From the human T2T-CHM13v2.0 reference genome, Homo sapiens: a stretch of DNA of 64,000 bases. The stretch lies in assembly GCF_009914755.1 (NCBI RefSeq), contig NC_060925.1; one strand, given 5' to 3'. The notes below the pieces were generated by a model. That model saw nothing but the letters and a program-made list of their open reading frames with translations, made no database searches and had not been told where the DNA came from. Both the position numbers and the translations under genes were made by a program. Shown piece by piece: positions 14,620-27,610 of this stretch (positions are counted from its first letter, which is position 1; every line of letters starts with the position of its first letter).

Positions 14620-15034
14620 GTTTTACTGATTTTTTGTTATCATTATGGAACTTGTCCCCCAATCTCTATTCTCAACTTCTTCCATTGTAATAGGTTTTTC
14701 CACTGGTTAAGTAGCTATCCAGAGAGAAGGCTATATTTCTCAGCCTCCTTCACAGCTTTATGTGACCATGTGACTAAATTATTCCCAATAAGTATAAGAA
14801 GACGTGATCCATGTATAACACCTGTGCTCTTTCCTTAAAATATAGTAAAACATGGAAGGCATGGAAGAGTGTTGATAAGAAAAAAATCATCAGCACCCAG
14901 ATGACTTTGCAGAAGAGCGCCATTATATCAACTTGGACATTTATGCGAAAGAGAAATAAACGTTTCTCTTGTTTAAGTCACTGTTATTTTGTGTTCCTGT
15001 TGTACGCAGCCAAACTTGAATTCTAATTAGGACA
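14620..15034 (+). mobile_element. MaLR LTR, MLT1H/I-like
   Basis: tttctcagcctcc..gaccatgtgactaa; gagaaataaac..tgtttaagtcactg..gcagccaaac..ctaattaggaca. Confidence 0.7.
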
Positions 15035-15325
15035 GTGACTAATTAAACTTATCAGCAAAAGTCAAATATAAGATTTGGAAATAATAGATGCACAGAGCAC
15101 ATATATGTCAACTATTGAATATTGTGCTAAATATATGTCAATATTTTGTGCGAAATGTATGTCAACTATAGGATTTGGAAATAATAGATGCACAGCGTGT
15201 TCAAATTCATACAACAAACACTAATAAATCACCTAACATGGGCCAGATATATGGGATTAAGCCCTAAAATGCATTGGTGGACAAGATAAAGCTTAAACTT
15301 GTCTACACAGGACATGCAGTCTTGA

Positions 15326-15702
<377 letters not shown>

Positions 15703-17009
15703 AATTATTTATTCTTTAACTTTCTTCAACCAGATTTTCCTCTGCTTTACTAAATCTATGCTTTTAAAAGTCATTAAAAATAAACCCACCAATGTTATTC
15801 TTCCAGCAATAGCAAAGCAGTTCTTATCAGACAGACTACCAGACAGACCCTTCCATAGATGGCAGCTATACCCTTCAGAAGACACCAGCAATCACCACAA
15901 ACATATAGAAACTGAAAGGGCTTAACATCTGAAGTAAAGGAATACCACTGTGTAAGTTTCTTTTTACCCACAGTCAGGACCTCATCCAGAATACAAGGTG
16001 GATAAAACACAGAAAGAAACCAACATCCAACAGGCTTGAAAAGCCAGGGGAAGAATCTGGGACAATATCATCAGCTGAAAGATGAAAGTAGGGAGGAGTC
16101 CAGAAGGAAGAGCACCACACAGAAGGAGCAAAATATTCTGCATATAAATGCTGCCTAAATCACTGGATGACCCCTGAACTATACATGTGCAGTGCAGACT
16201 CCAAGCAGCCAGCTACGTCTAAAGGGACTGAAAAGAGATTGAACTTTCTGCCCATCACAGTGAGAAGAAAACTGAGTAATAATGATAATATGCTGTGCCA
16301 AAATTTGTGGGATGCTGCTAAAGTAGTAATATAAGGAAATAAATAGCTTTAAGTATTTATATTAGAGGAGAAAAAAAGTCTAAAATCAGTGGTATAAGAT
16401 TCAATGTAAAAATGGTCTATAAAAAGCAAAATAAACAGAGAAAAAAAGAAGAAATATAAGAGAAAAAATCAATGGAATGAAAAAACAATAAAACCAAATG
16501 TTTGGGTTTTGAAAATTTAAAAAATAGATAACTGTATAGCTAGGTAATCAAGAAAAAAACAGAGCTATAATACAGATTAACAGTATCAGGATTACAGGAG
16601 GTTATATTATTGCAGATCCTATAGGCATTACAGGAATAGCAAGAGATTATTAAGAAGAATTGTTTGCTGATAAGTTTAACAACTTAGATGAAATGGACAC
16701 ATTTCTGGAAAAATACAACTTATCACAACTGATACAAGATGAAACAGAAAATCCAAATAGCCCAGTATTTATGAAACAAACTGATTTGATTTTTGATAAT
16801 CTTCTGACAGATAAAGCTTTAGTCCCAATTAGTTTTACTGGTGAATTCTATCAAAACTTGAGGGAAGAAATAATACCAATCCTCCATAAACTCTTTCAGA
16901 AAATATAAAAGAAGGGAATATCTTCTGATTTGTTTTGGGGGATATTTTAGCTCAATGTTTGCTGAGACTAGCAAACTAAGGTACTAAAATATACAAAATG
17001 TATACAAAA

Positions 17010-17260
17010 GAAAGAGAGAGAGGACAGAAAGAAAGAAGGAATGGAAGGAAGGAAAAAAGGAAGGAAGGAAGGAAATGAAACTATGGGGAGGGAGGGAGGA
17101 AACTATGGGGAGGGAAGGAGGAAACTATGGGGAGGGAAGGAGGAAACTATGGGGAGGGAAGGAGGAAACTATGGGGAGGGAAGGAGGGAACCATGGGGAG
17201 GGAAGGAGGGAGGAAGGAAGGAAGGAAGAAAGGAAGGAAGGAAGGAAGGAAGGAAGAAAT
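17010..17260 (+). repeat. (GGAA)n tract containing a 6 x 22-bp minisatellite
   Basis: Unit aggaaactatggggagggaagg with period 22 at about 17077-17208, flanked by GGAA runs. Confidence 0.95.
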
Positions 17261-19068
17261 AATATAGTAAGACAAAGAGAACTACAGCTCAACAGCTCCC
17301 TTGAACATAGCTGCAAAAATTCACAGCAAACTTTTAAATAAATAAATAAAATAAAATAAGTAAATAAATAAATAAGTAAATAAAAGCAATATATTAAAAA
17401 GATAATGCATTATGTTGGGTTATACTAAGAAGTCAAGGTTGATTTAATATTTGAAAATAAATTAACAGGATACATCATGTTAATACAATTAAAGGTAAAA
17501 TCAAATGTCTGTTTAAATAAATTAACAAAAATCATTTGATAAAATTGAGCACCAATTAATGTTAAAACTTGCCAAATTAGGATGTTAAGATTTCTCAGTC
17601 TGATTTAAAACAAAAACAAAAACTATGACCCTGTACTAAATGCTATGTTACGAGCTTCTTCCCTCCTAAGATACAAACAAGCCTAAGTTGTTTACTGACA
17701 TTATTTGTATTCTAAATTAGTAGGTATTTCAGCCATTGTAATGAGTCAGGAAAAACAAATGCATAAAGATTTGGAAGAAAAAAGAACAACTATCTCAGTT
17801 CACAAGTGGCATGGCTCCTTTAACAGGAAATTCTAAGAAATCTACACACAACTACCATAATCAAAAAGTAAATTTAGCTATGTCATGGGAGATGACCTCA
17901 ACACACACAAGCCAACTGTGGTTTTATAAACCAGCAATGAACCATTATAAATTTAATTAAAAACTTAATTCCATTTATGATAGCTTAATTAATTATAAAA
18001 TAGTTGAGAATAAATTTAATAAAATATGTGCAAGAACTCTGCACTGAACACCATTAAACAGAGCTAGAAAAATAAAAGAAGATCCAATAAATGGAGATAT
18101 CCATGGGACTGGAGACTTGACATTGTTAAGATTAATTCTCTCAAAATTTCCCTATAGCTCCAACTTAATCACAATCTAAATTCCGGCAGGCATTTATGTA
18201 AGACTTGATGAGCTGAATCTAAAATTTTTATGAAAATGTAAAGGAACTAGAATAGCCAAAACAATGTTGAAGACAAAGAATAAAATGAAAATATTTAGAA
18301 TACCTGATTCCAAGTTAGTTTGGTATTGACATAAGAATAGACACACAGATTTGTTGAACAAAATATAGAACTAGACCTACAAATATATGGCCAATTAATA
18401 TTCATAAAAAATGTCAAGGTAATTCAATGGGGAAACAATATCTATTTGATAAAAGGTTCTAAAATATCCAGATAGTCATACTATGAAATATGAATTTTGA
18501 TCTCTACTTCATACATTACACAAAATTTAATTTGAAATGGGCAATAGGCCCAAATATAAAACTTAATACTATAAAGCTTCTAGAAAAAAATTGTGAAAAA
18601 ATATTTTGTGATTTAGGGATGGGCAACATTTTCTTAGAAAGGACATGGAAAGCAATAACTTTAAAAAAAGATAATTTTGACTGCATCAATAGTTCAAATT
18701 TCTGCTCATAAAAAGAATCAATGAATAAAATGAATAAGCCATAGGAAAAGAAAAATGGCATTATACAACTGATAACCCCTACAGTAGTGGTAGAAGTTCA
18801 ACACTTAAAAAAAAAATGAATTTAGAAGAGACAAGCCTTTGAACAAACATGTCATACATGAAGGTAAATGAATAATCAATAAGCAGATGGAAAAGTGCTC
18901 AACATCGTTAGCTATCATATCGATATCAATAATATCATACCAATGTAAATGAAAATCACCATGTGATAGAACTCTACAGCCACCAGAATGGCTGAGCTTA
19001 ACTAATGATATAAAATGTTGATAAGGATAAGGAGCAACTAGAACTCTCATACATTATTGTCATACCTT

Positions 19069-19452
19069 ATTTTTTAAAATTTTTTATTTCCATAGGTTTT
19101 TGGGGAACAGGTGGTGTTTGGTTACCTCAGCAAGTTCTTTAGTGGTGATTTGTGAGATTTTTGTGTACCCATCACCTGAGTACTCTATACTGAACCCAAT
19201 TTGTAGTCTTTTATCCCTCACCCCCTTCCCACCCTTACCCCCTGAGTCCCCAAAGTCCACTGTGTCATTCTTATGCCTTTGCATCCTCATAGCTTAGCTC
19301 CCACTTATGAGTGAGAACATACGATGTTTGACTTTCCATTTCTGAGTTACTTCACTTAGAATAATAGTCTTCAGTCCTATCAAGGTTGCTGTGAATATCG
19401 TTAACTCATTCCTTTGTATGGCTGAGTAGTATTCCATCATATATATATACAC

Positions 19453-19493
<41 letters not shown>

Positions 19494-20452
19494 TATATAT
19501 ATATATACACATTATATATATACACATTATATATATATACACATTATATATATATACACATTATATATATATACACATTATATATATATACACATTATAT
19601 ATATATACACATTATATATATATACACATTATATATATATACACATTATATATATATACACATTATATATATACACATTATATATATACACATTATATAT
19701 ATATACACATATATATACACATTATATATATATACACATATATACACATTATATATATACACACATAATATATATATATACACACACATTATATATATAT
19801 ATATATATATATACACCATATATATATATGTATACCACTTTTTTATGCACTCTGATTGATGGACATTTGGATTGGTTCTACATTTTTGCAACTGGGAATT
19901 GTGCTGCTATAAGCATGAGTATGCTAATATCTTTTTCATATAATGACTTCTTTTCCTCTGGGTAGATACTCAGTAGTGGGATTGCTGGATCAAATGGTAG
20001 TTCTACTTTCAGCTCTTTAAGGAATCTCCAGGCTGTTTTCCATAGTGGTTCCCACCAGTGGTGTAGAAGTGTTCCCTTTTCACTGCATCCATGCCAACAT
20101 CTATTTATTTTTATTTTTTTTTGTTATGGCAATTATTGCCGGGGTAAGCTGGAACTTAATTAAACTAAAGAGCTTTTGCACAACAAAAGGAACAGTCAGC
20201 AGCATGAACAGACAACCCACAGAGTGGGAGAAAATCTTCACAATCTATATATCTGACAAAGGACTAATATCCAGAATCTACAATGAACTCAAACAAATTA
20301 CCAAGAAAAAAACAGAAGATCCCATCAAAAAATGGGCTAAGGACATGAATAGACAATTATCAACAGAAGATAAACAAATGGCCAACAAACATACGAAAAA
20401 ATGCTCAACATCGCTAGTGATCAAGGAAATGTAAATCAAAACCACAATGTGA
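19069..20452 (-). mobile_element. L1PB-like insertion with 5' inversion (about 19069-20147 minus, 20148-20452 plus)
   Basis: L1PB 3' end (gttctttagtggtgatttgtgagatttt) on minus; ORF2 C-terminal segment ([28 protein letters not shown]) on plus; TSD tgtcatacctt / tgttgtacctt. Confidence 0.9.
19440..19832. repeat. AT-rich (TA)n-CACAT compound minisatellite
   Basis: Repeated cacattatatatatata-type units inside the L1PB. Confidence 0.97.
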
Positions 20453-21069
20453 TGTTGTACCTTGCTGACAAAAGGGCAGAATAGTCTGGCATTTTCTCAT
20501 AAAAGTTAAAAAACACAGAACATTCCACACTTGGGTTCATTTGTGTGAGAAATGCAAGCATATGTCCACAAAAGATTTGTGTGTAATTATTCATAGCAAT
20601 TCATTCACAAGGGTCAAAAATTGGGAGTAGCCCAGGGCTCCATCACCAGCAAAACAGCTAAATAAACTTTAGTATATTCCTACAATAGAATACTATGCAA
20701 AAATTTAAAAAGAATAAACTGCTGATACACAGTACAACATGAATGAATCTCAAAAAAAAAAAAAAGAAAAAGTAAGCTCAATGAAAGAAACCTTACGCAA
20801 AAGAGCACATATTGTATCTTTTCACTGTGTGTTCTAGGACAAGCAAAACAATAGGTAAAAAAGGAATCTTTTAAATTACAGAAAGGGTTATAGTAGGAGA
20901 AAGGCAGGACTGACTGGAAAGAGGCATGAAAGAATGTTCTTGGATGATGATATTTGCGTTACACAGCTTTACGCATTTGTGGAAAGTCATCAAATGATAC
21001 ACTTAGATTTATGTATTCTTGGTTTCAGTGTCATTTAAAGTCTTTCTTCTGGATATTTATAATTTACTT

Positions 21070-21615
21070 AGGATTAATACAAAACCACAATGAAATATCA
21101 GCTCGCACCTGTTGGGATGGTTGTTATAAAGAAAAGATAACAAGTGTTGATGAGAATGCAGAGATATTGGAAAACTGGGTAAAGTGTTGACAGGAATGTA
21201 AAATGGTGCATTGGCTGTAGAAAACAGGCCAGCAGCTCTTCAAAAAATTTAAAAAGAATTACCTTATGATCCAACGATCCCACTTCCAGGTATATACCTG
21301 AAAGAATTGAAATCAAAATGGTGAAGAGATATATACATTCCCACATTCATAGAAGCATTATTCACAGTAGCCAAGATATGAAAATAATCTAATGTCCATT
21401 GACAGATGGATGGGTAAAGAAAATGTGCTATACACATACAATGAAAAATTATTAACTCTGAAAAAAGAAGAAAATTCTGCCATATGCATCATCATGGGCA
21501 AAATGAAAGGATATTACACGAAGTGAAATAAGCCAGTCACAGAAGGACAAATACTGCATGATTTCACTTATCTGAGGTATCTAAAATATTCTAACTTATA
21601 GAAACAGAGAGTAGG
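21070..21615 (+). mobile_element. L1MA/MB 3' fragment
   Basis: aaaaccacaatgaaatatc..gaattaccttatgatccaac..ataagccagtcacagaaggacaaatactgcatgatttcactt. Confidence 0.85.
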
Positions 21616-21673
21616 ATTTTCCTGCTATACAATTTTAGTGGCTTTGTAATACCTAGCGAACATCAGCCAGCTG

Positions 21674-22353
21674 GGTATTAGTCTGGTTCTCCAGAGAAAC
21701 CGAATCAATAGAATACACACACATATACATATATATACACACACACACACACTTGTGTGTGTAAAGATATGTGTGTGTAAAGATATATACATATGTATAT
21801 GTCTATACACGTGTGTATGTGTGCATATATACACACATGTATATGTATATGTATATGCACATGTGTGTATAGGTGTGTATGTATGAGTAAAGATATATAT
21901 ACATATGTATATGTATATACACATGTGTATGTGTGTATATGCACATGTGGGTATATATGTGTGTGTATGTGTGTGTATATATATACACATATGTTAATGT
22001 ATATATGTGTCTGTGTGTCTGTGTGTGTAAAGAGATTTGCAATTGACAAACTATAGAGCCAATGGCATGAACTCCAGTCCAAGTCTGAGTCTGAAGGCAA
22101 AAGATCTATGTCCCAGCTTGAAGACAGACAGAATTCTTTCTTACTCTGCCTTTTATTCTATTCAGGCCTTCATTGGATGGGCTGATACTCTCCCACACTG
22201 GGGAGGGCCATCTGCTCTTCTCACTCTACCAATTCAAATGTTAATCTCATCCAAAGACACCCTCACAGACACATTCAGAAATCATGTCTAACCAAGTATC
22301 TGGGCACCCCATGGCCCAGCCAAGTTGATGCTGAACCAAGATGAGGCATCACA
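21674..22353 (-). mobile_element. ERVL solo LTR, MLT2B-like, with internal (TA/CA/TG)n expansion at 21711-22028
   Basis: gtattagtctggttctccagagaaac..ccaattcaaatgttaatctcatcc..tatctgggcaccccatggcccagccaagttga. Confidence 0.85.
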
Positions 22354-22479
22354 AGCTCCAAAGCCTGTCTTCCAGGCTGTCCATCATCAGGCTCTACGTT
22401 TCCTGGCAGGAGCACTTCTCTTCAGTCCACAGTGTTCTCCAGGCTACACCTGCCTCTACCTGTGCCCTGCTCTGCTCTC

Positions 22480-23870
22480 CACAGAGGCTCTCCTGAGTCT
22501 CCACCCTAGGGAGATTTACCCAGCTCAAAAGACCACGTCTTCTTTATATCTCCAGCCCCACCATCGCCCCGAGACCTGGATTTGCACGTCCCTCTCCTTC
22601 TGACATCTCTCTGTAGATGCCTAAGAGGCCTCTCAAACAGCCTTTGGGTCCCTCCAAAGTCTGCTTCTCCCTGGTCTTCCCCACGCTAATTAATAGAGCT
22701 GCTGCTAACTCAGGTAGACCAGAAACTTTCCCCATACACTCCCCAACCAGTCCATCAGGAGGGGCAATTGAGTCCACTTGCCAAATTCATCTCTTACCTG
22801 ACCCCTCTAACCTCTTCAGGGACACCAATCTGCTCCAAGCCACCTCTACCTTCTCTCTAAATCCTTAGGGTAGAAACTCCCTAGTCTTCTTGTCTCCCTG
22901 CTTACACCTTCTCTTCCCTCACACACAGCTTATTCTCAGCCAGCAGCTGGAGGGAGCCTTGCAGGACATCACTAAGACCATGCTTGCACTCCAGCACTAT
23001 GCCTTTTGCCTCATCCAAATGGGAGCCAAACTCTTTGCCATGGTCTAAAAGCCTTCACAGGTCTGGTCCCTGGTGGCCTGTGGATCCCTATCCCTGACCC
23101 TCTTCCCCTTGTTGTCTGTGCTCCAGCCACACCTGACTCCTCCCCCACCACATTCCTGCCAGCTACAACCCTCTCTCAGGAGCACCATCTTTGAACCTAC
23201 CTCTGCTAAGAACTCTCTTGCCTTAAATATCCAAGTGGCTAGCCTCCTGAGGCCCCCCACCACCATCCCTCTCTTCCCCTTTTCTCTGCTTTATTTTTCT
23301 ACAAAACATCTGCATTAGTCAGGGATCTCCCAGAAGCAGACACCAGGATGAAGTTAAACATGCAGGATTTTCACAGGATTTTATTAGGGAAAATGTCTGT
23401 GAAATAAATTGGGAGGGAACCCAAAAAGATGGGGAGAAGATCAAACCTGCATGCAGCTCTGATGCCCATGAAGAAGAGCAGGGGCAAGGTTGGGTGAAAG
23501 CCGAGGCTGCCAGGAGGTCTCGGGTAGTTTTGACCAAGCTGCAGGGCGAGTCCTTGAGCCAAGGCCGGCTGTGAAAAGACTCCTGCTGCACTCAGTCCTT
23601 GACCTGGGTGCAGACGTAGGCATGGATTTTAAAGGACAGCAGTGGGGATCTGGTCAGCCCTGCTCCCTACATTGGGAGGTGTTTTCTCAGGTGGCCACAG
23701 GACCTGGCAATCTACAAACTAGTTATGCTTCTAGCTGCTGTCTCCCTTCTGGAAGGTGAGCAACACAACGGAGCTGCTTTGTTCACTCCTAATCCTATCA
23801 CCTAGAATAACATCTATCACATAGTACATGCTCAATTAAATGTCTTGCATGAACAAATGAATGAATAGAT
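22480..23870 (+). mobile_element. L2 fragments (interrupted by LTR16)
   Basis: atatctccagccc..; cagcagctggagggagcctt; 3' end catagtacatgctcaattaaatgtcttgcatgaacaaatgaatgaat. Confidence 0.6.
23311..23770 (-). mobile_element. ERVL solo LTR, LTR16-family
   Basis: cccagaagcagacaccagg..tgcaggatttt..ttattagggaaaatgtctgtga; other end tagctgctgtctcccttctggaagg. Confidence 0.65.
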
Positions 23871-24232
23871 GATATGGTTTTGCTGTGTCCCCACCCAAAT
23901 CTCATCTCAAGTTTGTAGTTCCCATAATTCCCATGTGTCATTGGAGGAATCTCAGAGGTAATTGAATCCTGAGGGCAAGTCTTTCCCATGCATTCTCATG
24001 ACAATGAATAAGTCTCATGAGATCCGATGGTTTTATAAAGGGGAGTTCCCCTGCACAAATTCTCTTGCCTGCCCCCATACGAGACATGACTTTGCTCCTC
24101 CTTTGCCTTCCACCATGATTGTGAAGCCTCCCCAGCAATGTAGAGCTTTGAGTCAATTAAACCTCTTTCCTCCATAAATTACCCACTCTCAGGTCTGTCT
24201 TTATTAAAGCAATGTGAGAACAGACTAATACA
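23870..24232 (+). mobile_element. THE1 (B/C) solo LTR
   Basis: tgatatggttttgctgtgtccccacccaaatctcatc..gagaacagactaataca; TSD ataga/atgga. Confidence 0.95.
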
Positions 24233-26349
24233 ATGGATAAGTGGATGAATGAATGCATTCATAAGCCCAGAGTGGCTTTCTTTCTTATTTTCTTTGGATA
24301 CATATAGCTTTTTATACTCTCTCCGTTTCCACACAGAGTTTAACCATTTTTTTATTTCCTTACTCACCTGGATGTGGGTATTGAGGGCTGGACCCTGGCC
24401 ACATACATTTGGCTCCACCGTGATACCAATTATCTCTCCGAGAGTGAGTCAGCGTCTGCTTGATAAATCTCTGCTGGTCCTCATTTGATCTTCAGGATAC
24501 CCACGTAATCAGGGGCAGGACTAGGCTGCCCATCTTGCATATAGAAGGCAGAATTCATCGTTATTGATCACCTTCTAAATGCCATCATTTCATACCTTAT
24601 CTAATGTAACCCCTGATCTCCCTCTATCCCTCACCTCCTTCAATGGTCAAACCAGCTGAAACTGGGGAAGGGGCATAGCAGTGCTGAAAGCTGGAGCCTC
24701 CAGCCCTTCCCCTGCCGTGGGCACCCTGCACAGAGCACCGCAGCCTGGCATCCACCGGGGCAGCATCTCCACAGAGCTGGAGGTGGGAAAGCTCGTTCAC
24801 CTGTGAACCATGCTCCTCATGACTCGCCTCTGTCACTCAATTACTGTGAACATCGGAATTGCAAAGGCACACGAATGAACAGGTTAATATGGGGACGGTG
24901 GCTTGGATTTCTGCAATGAAAGCTGCTCTGAAAACCTGGCTATGATTATTCATGATTATTAATAATAAAGTTAAGGGAAGTGGAGTGGCAGTACCCAGGA
25001 CTCTGCAGACTGATGGATTGCCACATCCCTTTGCTATTTGCTAATGCCATTACTCTTAAAGCTTAATCTTCCTGTAACCATTTTTCAATAATCAGGGAAG
25101 CTAAATTAAATTAAATGCAACTCTTTGCTATTCGGTCCCAATCTTGCTTACCCTGCGCTTACCGAAGGATATCGACTCGGGGAGTGAGCTCCATACCACC
25201 TTCCAATGCTCAGGCTCCCATTCTTCATGTTGCCTCCACCCCCGCATTTCTCCTCCCAATGCACAAATTTTGACCAAATTGGACAAAGCTCATGGATTCT
25301 GAAATTCACTCACAGCACCGCAGATCCTGTGCCTCTCGCTGGAATCCTTCCCTTAAGTTAATGCTGACAAAGTCTGAAATGACAGAACCCTCATAAATTA
25401 CAGCCCACGTTCTATCAAAAATATCAGGATAACAAGAAGTTTTTCCAGATGTGAACCAATGCCTGCTCCTTTTGAGCACTTTGTCACTTTATGCAAGTCT
25501 GGTTACAGCAAAGGATTGAGGTAGCCCTTTCAGTGTCATTGTCACAGCCTGAGAGCTGCAGATTTTTTTCTTTTAGTGAAGGATAACCCACATTGAGGTT
25601 TGTTTGGGATTAGCTTACTTCTGTACAAACCTTCAGTAGGACGAAAAAAATGGTCAATACCTCATACACATCTGTGGTTGCCATAAGGGGATGTTTTAAA
25701 GATAGTACCATACAAAGAGTGTAAAAATAAATTCAGGAGGCTTACGAGCTGTGCATCAGAGACAGTAGCACCATCTGCTTTAAATAACACTTATTTTCCT
25801 GAAAAAAATATGTTCTAAAACTGAATAATGTCCATGTAGTCTAAATATTTGCTTTCCACGAGCATCCTGGGAATGATATGCAAACGTCCCAAGAATTCAG
25901 AAGGCAGTGCAAAATATTGAAGTGAAAAGAAAAGTCATTCTACTATGCAGTGTGTTCAATTGCTATGTAAATGTGAGAACATTATTATTTATTGCTCTTT
26001 CAGCTCTGACAGTTGGAAATATTGCAGAATCGAAAGACATCTGTTGAGTGTAGCAAGAGTGTCTGCAAAACTGAGATCAGGATTGAACCGTGCTATTTCT
26101 GGACCCCTGGGTGCAGGTGCGAAGTCACAGTGAGAAACAAATTGCAATGAGCTCTTTGCAGCCACTTACTTGGCACAAGTGAAATACTCCAAGAGGGTGT
26201 TCCAGGAAGTGTAACGTTAACTCTGGCTAACCCTTGGAGTCCACTTCCAACAATTGGATTCAGAAGGTCAGATTCTGGTTGACTAAGCCATTTCATTTTC
26301 TGAATCAACCATCAGGCGTCTTTGAGGGTGGGAGTCAACACCACAGGCG

Positions 26350-26530
26350 TAGGAAAGGACGGACCTGGGCACCAACCCTGGCTCTGTAACTTACTGACTG
26401 TGGAGCTTTGGACAAGTTGTATGACTTCTGTAGGTCTCAGTTTCTTCATCTATGGGATGGGGGTCATAACCCTCTCCATGTCGCAGGGTTGTTAAGAGAA
26501 CAGAATTATCTGATATGCATCAAGTGCTGA
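26350..26530 (+). mobile_element. MIR SINE
   Basis: ccctggctctgtaacttactgactgtg..ggacaagtt..ctcagtttcttcatctatgggatggggg. Confidence 0.75.
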
Positions 26531-26990
26531 CAGTCTTGGCGACCAGGACCTCAGTTCTCACACTGCTTTACCAGCTGGCACGAAAGCTCCAATGGGGCCC
26601 TAGGGGAGCTTAAATAAAAAATATATCTGAGCCATCTTGGCTAACACTCTGAAATTTTTATTGACACACAACGGGGGACATTTGATGGAGAGACATGATT
26701 CATTAACTTGTGGCTGCAACCTTTGAATTCTGTCCTGCAGGGTCTCTGGCCCAATTGCTTTGTCTTATCCTTCGATATTTCAAATCTGCCAGGAGCACTT
26801 GCCCCAAGCCCCAAACACCAGATTTTAAATATCCTACAGACGCCTTCTCACCTTTCCTAAGCCCACTCAGAGGACCTGGCAACAACACTAAGCAAATCTT
26901 AATGAGCATCAAAAAAACACCATTATGCAATGCCTGCCCACTCAAAACCATTCTCGCCAAACGTTCCCCAAGAATGGAGAAAGCGTTCTG

Positions 26991-27200
26991 TCTCCTAACA
27001 ATTCACTGCAAGATTCTATTTTAATAAGTCAGATTCATCTGGGATAATTATCCATCATGCCTCAACAGTTAGGTAACATTTATTTAGGAAATGCTTGCTC
27101 TGTGCCCAGCATGTTGTTATTATTACTATTCAGGTTATCGGTGTTATTATTAAACCCACTTTATTAATGCTCCCTATAAGTGTACCAGTTAATGCACTGG
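26991..27200 (+). repeat. Direct repeat copy A1 (210 bp)
   Basis: Identical to 28958-29167 apart from 4 substitutions. Confidence 0.97.
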
Positions 27201-27276
27201 CCACATAATTGCCAGTGGTGTTTATGGGCTCTTATAGGTCTTGGTTCCTAGGAATAACTTACTTATTCTCATGGTT

Positions 27277-27610
27277 TCTTTCTTTCTCTCTTTCTCCCTT
27301 CCTTCTTTCCTTCCTTCCTTTCTTCCTTCTCTCTCTCTCTCTCTTTTTGAGACAGAGTCTTACTCTGTTGCCCAGGCTGAAATGCAGTGACACCATCTCT
27401 GCTGGCTCACTACAGCCTTGACTTCCCTCCCACCTCAACCTTCTGAGTAGCTGGGACAGCAGGCGTGCACCACCATGACCAGCTAATTTTTTGTAGAGAT
27501 GGGGTTTCGCAATGTTGCCCGGGCTGCTCTTGAACTCCTGAGCTCGAGTGATCCACCTGCTTCGGCCTCCCAAAGTACTGGGATTACAGACGTGAGCCAC
27601 TGCCCCTGTC
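27277..27610 (-). mobile_element. AluJ with CT-rich expanded tail
   Basis: cactacagccttgact, gttgcccgggctg, ctcctgagctcgagtgatcc; TSD tcatggttt/tcatggttc. Confidence 0.9.

Larger units (their letters stand above)
16265..21030 (+). mobile_element. Old L1M ORF2/3'UTR, degenerate; interrupted by a VNTR and an L1PB
   Basis: ORF fragments 16660-16908 (DKFNNLDEMDTFLEKYNLSQLIQDETENPNSP..FTGEFYQ..EEIIPILHKLFQKI) and 18490-18711 (YTKFNLKW..IKLLEKN) are L1 ORF2p-like. Confidence 0.9.

Noticed and set aside
17041-17341. Repetitive ORFs and a regularly spaced repeat superficially like a CRISPR array
   Set aside because: Tandem 22-mer with no unique spacers and no cas genes, in primate DNA
16660-18761. 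ORF2p-like peptides suggesting an active reverse transcriptase
   Set aside because: Short fragments broken by stops and frameshifts; a dead L1
20045-20434. 129-aa ORF with L1 ORF2p similarity
   Set aside because: Chimeric read-through across the L1 inversion junction; not a gene
19294-22100. Y/I/C/H/T-rich ORFs
   Set aside because: Translations of (TA)/(CA) microsatellites
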